Sequence record: OP123707.1
DNA length: 64,000 bases
Direction: 5' to 3' (one strand)
Shown: piece after piece, positions 59,472 to 64,000 of the stretch
Numbering within the stretch: the first letter of the stretch is position 1
How the letters are laid out: each line of letters starts with the position of its first letter
The notes under the pieces: model-generated
Databases searched by the model: none
Told to the model about the DNA's origin: nothing
What the model saw: only the letters and a program-made list of their open reading frames with translations
Made by a program: the position numbers and the translations under genes

Positions 59472-60224
59472 ATGCCAAAAAATAGCAAGCATAAGCAGGC
59501 AAAACGCAAGGCACGTCAGCGTAATATTAAAGCAGCAAAAGTCCGAGCTCGTCTAAAAGAAGCTCAAGACCAACAGACTGCGCACGGTGAACACGCCATG
59601 TCAGACAGCATGAAAGTCGATGCTAAAAGCACAATGTGGAAAGTGTTCAGTCAATTACCTCCGCAGTTACAAGAGCAAGCTCTGGAAGACTTTAAGAAAG
59701 GTGGTGACCAATCTTTAACCGAGTTTGACTTCGAAGGTATCGGCGATCTAATCGGTGAAGCACTGAATCGTTATATGGGTCCTCATGCGACCATGGAAGT
59801 GATTGAGTGGTTAGAAGATGGCGCTGAAGTTTGTATGCCAGATGAACTTCGTCCTAAAGTGGAAGCGCTAGACAAGTCCATCGTTACGTTCATCACCAAC
59901 AGCACCGTGCTTCTAGAACGCTTTGAGAAAATCAAGGCTATCGAGAATGCCGAAGAACGTAATGACGTCCTCTTCAATGATGAAGAGATCGCTAACCGTC
60001 TAACACCGACGTTGCTGTCGTTCCAGCAAGATGCCGAAGATCTCATTGATCCAATCATGGACTTTGCGGAAGCTCATGCTGACCTGATCGACGAACGTGT
60101 TAAAGAATACGGAGCAGAACACCGTATCGACAACGTTCAAGAAGTGACTCGTCATATCCACCTACGTCGTTTAAACAAATACTTTGACCACGAGAGAATG
60201 AAAAATGCAGCAGCCGAATTCTAA
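59472..60224 (+). CDS. Hypothetical protein with highly basic N-terminus
   Basis: MPKNSKHKQAKRKARQRNIK followed by an acidic helical body. Confidence 0.65.
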   Translation: MPKNSKHKQAKRKARQRNIKAAKVRARLKEAQDQQTAHGEHAMSDSMKVDAKSTMWKVFSQLPPQLQEQALEDFKKGGDQSLTEFDFEGIGDLIGEALNRYMGPHATMEVIEWLEDGAEVCMPDELRPKVEALDKSIVTFITNSTVLLERFEKIKAIENAEERNDVLFNDEEIANRLTPTLLSFQQDAEDLIDPIMDFAEAHADLIDERVKEYGAEHRIDNVQEVTRHIHLRRLNKYFDHERMKNAAAEF

Positions 60225-61833
60225 TCCTGACGAAATCCCAGTACCTAAACTTCGTGATGAGCACACCGCTGAAAATACCACGATGAAGGAATCTGTTGCG
60301 CCAGAGCTTCCTAAGCAACATGAACTTCCTAAAGGGGAAGACGCGGCGTTAAACATTCTGCTAGGTACGTCTAAACAAAGCTTTGAACCAACCATGCGTT
60401 TGGTGCTTAGCTGGGCAAGCTACAAAGCGGCCGTTCATGAAGGCACTTCTACAAAAGCGGAGATCACCCGCCTTCGTACCAACTACGAAGAATTACGTAA
60501 AGACCTTCACCCAGACACCCCAGACGATGAACTGGAAACCATGATGGGACACTTCTTAGCGTTCCATCGTAACTTCGTTGAACTGAGCTATTTCCGTAAC
60601 CAAGACTATTTGTCTCGTCCTTGGGAAAACCTCAGTAAGATTGCGGATGGTCACCAAGAGTTTGACATCGTTCCTCGTTACCCAGGTGCTAAGAATGAAG
60701 CGATGGCACTAAGTGATCGCATGATGCGCGCGTCTCAGCGTCGTAGCCGCACCCCTAATGGTTATGATGTACTGTTGCGTGACTCGTTCATTCAAATCCG
60801 CCTAGAGCCTTCTGACATGCTGGAACTCGGTGGTGTGATTGAACGCATCAACAAAGAGATCCACGGTTACGTGCGTTCTTACAACGGTAACTCGTTAACG
60901 TTAATCCGTGCGTCCATTTACCGTGTGTTCTGGGAATATCTGTCAGAGAAAATCACCCAACACTCAGTAACTGATGTCGTGGAACCTCGCGACCTAAGTC
61001 CACTCATTAAGGTGAGTGACCTTCGCGCCCTCTTCATCGATTTGGTGAATGAGATCAGTGACGATGGCATCCCAATGCACCTTTACTGTAACCAAAACGG
61101 TTGTGATTGGGTAGACGTGGTTAAAGCGGATCCTAAGACGTTACTGTGGCACGACAAAACGTTACTGAACGAAGAACAAGCGGCGGCGTTAGGTAACTTA
61201 AAGAACTTTGCGAAGAAATACACTTCAGAAGAAGTTATCGCTCTGCAAAACCAATCTAAGTTTGTGGAAGACAACACCATTTCGTTCTTCGATGACACTC
61301 ACGTGATTGAGTTCAGTCAGCCAAGTCTCAGTGAATACTTCTTGGCATTCGACGTATTCATGGAGTACGTGGGTCCATCTATTCGTCAAATCCGTTCAGA
61401 AACATTGGACGACAATGAGTTTGATCAGAAGCTCGGTACCCTGATTGAAACCGTTCGTGGTTTGGAATACTTACATTGGTGTTCCAAGTTAACAGTACAA
61501 CCAGACCCAGGTAGCGACGAAGAACCGATGGTGTTTACTCGCTCTGAAGACCCAATGGGTTTCTTCAATGGCTTGATCTCCGTGATCGACCCAGACGACG
61601 ATGCAACTACGAAGATCATTCGTTGGTGTGTGAAGAACGGTCCAGAACTCAGCTTCACGGTTGTGGGTATGGGTAACGCCGTGTGTCCTAAGTGTGGTCA
61701 AGAAACTCACGGTGACCACACCGCACACGGCATCACTCCGATTGACCCATTCATGAGTTTTTTCGTCCTGACCCGCCAAGCGATTGCAGATCGAGCAGTA
61801 ACGCGCAGCATCATCGCACCGGACACCCTCTAA
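60205..61833 (+). CDS. Conserved protein with Zn-binding Cys pairs (possible baseplate-hub assembly factor)
   Basis: CNQNGC and CPKC motifs; the function call is weak. Confidence 0.5.
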   Translation: MQQPNSNPDEIPVPKLRDEHTAENTTMKESVAPELPKQHELPKGEDAALNILLGTSKQSFEPTMRLVLSWASYKAAVHEGTSTKAEITRLRTNYEELRKDLHPDTPDDELETMMGHFLAFHRNFVELSYFRNQDYLSRPWENLSKIADGHQEFDIVPRYPGAKNEAMALSDRMMRASQRRSRTPNGYDVLLRDSFIQIRLEPSDMLELGGVIERINKEIHGYVRSYNGNSLTLIRASIYRVFWEYLSEKITQHSVTDVVEPRDLSPLIKVSDLRALFIDLVNEISDDGIPMHLYCNQNGCDWVDVVKADPKTLLWHDKTLLNEEQAAALGNLKNFAKKYTSEEVIALQNQSKFVEDNTISFFDDTHVIEFSQPSLSEYFLAFDVFMEYVGPSIRQIRSETLDDNEFDQKLGTLIETVRGLEYLHWCSKLTVQPDPGSDEEPMVFTRSEDPMGFFNGLISVIDPDDDATTKIIRWCVKNGPELSFTVVGMGNAVCPKCGQETHGDHTAHGITPIDPFMSFFVLTRQAIADRAVTRSIIAPDTL

Positions 61834-61877
61834 CGCCGGGGGTATTAACCGACAATCGTTTCCATCAATACCGGCAA

Positions 61878-62288
61878 ATGATACAACGTTTGGATCCCGA
61901 AGGGATTGGTGAAGTTCAACACCAAACCATCGCTCTCATGTTGTACAAAGCCGGTTATGGAAAGATTCAAGGTAATGTCCCTGAACCGGGTGAAGACATT
62001 CGTTATGATGAGACCTTGTATGAGTTCGATCATCCTTGGTCCATCAGTCACCGAGCGTACCAGTACGCGTTCTATGAATTAGAGGAAGTCTTTGGTGATA
62101 TTGGTACGTATCTTAATTTCAATCCTAAGGTTGCCTCAGAGGTGATTAAAGGAATTCGTAAAGGTGCAATGGCCCTGAATGAAGAGAAACGTCGTCGAGC
62201 CAATAACTCCCCTAAATCCCAAGAACAACGAGACTTAGAAAGCGAATTGTCTAATCTGTCGAATATGAATCTATCCAGCGGGTCTTAA
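61878..62288 (+). CDS. Hypothetical protein
   Basis: 136 aa ORF. Confidence 0.55.
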   Translation: MIQRLDPEGIGEVQHQTIALMLYKAGYGKIQGNVPEPGEDIRYDETLYEFDHPWSISHRAYQYAFYELEEVFGDIGTYLNFNPKVASEVIKGIRKGAMALNEEKRRRANNSPKSQEQRDLESELSNLSNMNLSSGS

Positions 62289-62370
62289 TAAGCGCACCTA
62301 CCTTAACGGGTGGGTGTGTTTTTTTTTCAATTCTATGTTTGTTAACCAAACCCCTTTGTGAGGATAAATC

Positions 62371-62925
62371 ATGGGTAAATACTCTCCACCAAAAACTAGC
62401 CAAACTTTTGAAGTGGCTGAAAAAGAAGAAACAGTTGAAGCACCGGTAGTGGAAGCAACGGAATCTAAAAACTTCCCGTTGAAAGACGCACCAACTGCTG
62501 AACTGTTGAGTAACAAAATCGACAACTTCATTGACCTGTTAGCTGGTCATCGTAATGTCCCTAGTGACAAATACGGTGAAGAACAATTACTGTTCATGGC
62601 GGCACTGGACGACACCATCAAACAAGAATACTCAGTGTTCACTACCGTAATGGATAAGATGGTTAACCGCGTTCGTGTTGAAACTGCTGCTTTCCGTATG
62701 GAACGTTTGTTCGTTTACACACAACACAAAGATGTGAAGAAAGCGAAGACTGACGCTTACATCCAGAAACACATCACACTGATGTCAGCCGTTGTAACAC
62801 TAGGTCGTAACCTGCGTGATCGTCAACGTGTGGGTCGTCAAGTGGATATCGTAACCTTAACGAAAGGTTACCACCCTAAAGCAGCTCTGAACCTACAGAA
62901 CTACTTTACTCGTACGTACAGTTAA
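62371..62925 (+). CDS. Hypothetical protein, possibly virion
   Basis: SD GAGGA, high-expression codons. Confidence 0.6.
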   Translation: MGKYSPPKTSQTFEVAEKEETVEAPVVEATESKNFPLKDAPTAELLSNKIDNFIDLLAGHRNVPSDKYGEEQLLFMAALDDTIKQEYSVFTTVMDKMVNRVRVETAAFRMERLFVYTQHKDVKKAKTDAYIQKHITLMSAVVTLGRNLRDRQRVGRQVDIVTLTKGYHPKAALNLQNYFTRTYS

Positions 62926-62933
62926 TCTCTTTG

Positions 62934-62968
62934 ATATTTCCCTACTCCGCAAAGGAGTAGGGAAATAT
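62934..62968 (+). terminator. Intrinsic terminator-like hairpin
   Basis: 15-bp stem ATATTTCCCTACTCC/GGAGTAGGGAAATAT. Confidence 0.7.
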
Positions 62969-62983
62969 TTAACATACAGATTA

Positions 62984-63008
62984 TTTCAGATCTATATAGT
63001 CTAGGTGT
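62984..63008 (+). promoter_or_regulatory. Phage early-promoter-like motif, copy 7
   Basis: TTTCAGATCTATATAGTCTAGGTGT. Confidence 0.65.
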
Positions 63009-63060
63009 ATAAACATATACATATTTAATTATTCTATCAAACCTTATTAAGGAAAACATT

Positions 63061-63414
63061 ATGACTATTTCAAACACTAACAAATACCGCGCAATCGTAG
63101 CAGCAACTACAGCAGTAAACGCGACAGTAGCAGCGACAGTATTCGAGTCTAAAACAACTGCAATCCTACACGGTGCAATCGGTGGACTAATGATGGCTAC
63201 CGCAGAAGTGCCAGAAGAAGGTTTCGAATTCGGTGCAAAAGAAATGGCGGGTACAGCAGCAGCCTTAGTGATCGGTGGTACTGTTGCAACAGCAGCAGCA
63301 AAAGGCGTAAGCTCACTGTTCTCTGAAGAAGCAACATCAGGTGATGCAGCAACAGATCAAGAGATCAATGACATGATCACAGAGATCACTAGTCTTGAAG
63401 GCTTTCTATCATAA
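63061..63414 (+). CDS. Ala/Gly-rich probable membrane protein
   Basis: Hydrophobic small-residue helices, SD AAGGA, strong codon bias. Confidence 0.7.
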   Translation: MTISNTNKYRAIVAATTAVNATVAATVFESKTTAILHGAIGGLMMATAEVPEEGFEFGAKEMAGTAAALVIGGTVATAAAKGVSSLFSEEATSGDAATDQEINDMITEITSLEGFLS

Positions 63415-63422
63415 GTAATAAC

Positions 63423-63454
63423 AACTACCTACCTCCGCAAGGAGGTAGGTAGTT
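63423..63454. terminator. Bidirectional terminator
   Basis: AACTACCTACCTCC-gcaa-GGAGGTAGGTAGTT. Confidence 0.75.
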
Positions 63455-63477
63455 AACTCTTCTTTATTTTTTTGTCT

Positions 63478-64000
63478 TTATGCAGCCATTGGTAAAGCTT
63501 CACCAAACTCAGCTTCGAACAACTCAGGGAACACTTCGTCCATTTCTTCGTAACCTGGGAAACGGTGAAGGGTTTGACACAGACTTACCGCATTGGCTTT
63601 TGGAGACGACGCATAGTTTACACCGACTTCACGGAACTCTAATGGGTTCAATCCTTGTATCGCACACGCTTCAATACGAGTGGTTTTGTTTGATACGTTC
63701 AACGCTACCGTGGCCGTAGGGTAAGCCCCTTCCACGTCGATGTCATCTGTTAAACCACGACCACGAGAACGAATGGTCGGCATCCCGATAAAGACCGCTT
63801 TACCATTGTCGGCGTTCTTCTCGGTTTCCAATAGAGCAATCCAATCACCCAATGTCGGCTTGTGTTTATCCAACTCATCTTTACCACCACGACCTTTGGT
63901 TCCCCAAATGTAACCGTGTTCCGCGGCAATGAACGATAGCTCATTAGAGATACACTTCGGTTGAGATGGGTAATCAAAGAACTCAGTAGACTTAAGCAAT
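63478..64000 (-). CDS. C-terminal part of the second family B DNA polymerase half (phiKZ gp82-like); extends beyond the window
   Basis: Motif A-like DIDVEGAYP; frame open to the window edge. Confidence 0.7.
   Translation of the reverse strand, partial: LLKSTEFFDYPSQPKCISNELSFIAAEHGYIWGTKGRGGKDELDKHKPTLGDWIALLETEKNADNGKAVFIGMPTIRSRGRGLTDDIDVEGAYPTATVALNVSNKTTRIEACAIQGLNPLEFREVGVNYASSPKANAVSLCQTLHRFPGYEEMDEVFPELFEAEFGEALPMAA

Noticed and set aside
1-64000. Many 60-140 aa ORFs antisense to or nested in long genes in the ORF track
   Set aside because: Shadow frames with no SD and no recognisable motifs.
1-64000. Stop-codon reassignment, tRNA genes, reverse transcriptase/retron or DGR
   Set aside because: Conserved genes are intact in code 11 and use all three stops. 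No cloverleaf with T/D-loop consensus, no YxDD RT motif and no template/variable repeat pair was seen.

Overview
This window is part of a phiKZ-like, nucleus-forming jumbo phage genome (Chimalliviridae-type) read in the standard genetic code. A Vibrio host is a weak inference from CTA/GCA-rich codon use in the highly expressed genes. From left to right: (i) four giant genes built of tandem Ig-like domains (1-10955); (ii) terminase large subunit with a class 3 intein, thymidylate kinase and two probable virion genes; (iii) an accessory region (17.4-30.2 kb) with orphan genes, an HNH nuclease, a 480-bp repeat/G-rich intergenic element, three genes built only from seven AraC-type DNA-binding domains, and two ORF-free, densely base-paired candidate ncRNAs (~150 and ~520 nt) that each begin exactly at the G of a TATG (late-promoter-like); (iv) the conserved core block: family B DNA polymerase half, chimallin, non-virion RNAP subunits, SbcD nuclease, ChmC-like protein, PicA/Imp1-like protein, SF2 helicase with a second class 3 intein, a virion RNAP subunit and the other polymerase half. 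A 25-bp promoter-like motif occurs 7 times upstream of probable early genes. The best candidate for an undescribed system is the AraC-array plus large structured RNA locus at 21.7-26.9 kb. Several core assignments (ChmA, ChmC, gp68, PicA) rest on size and recalled phiKZ gene order, not on database searches.
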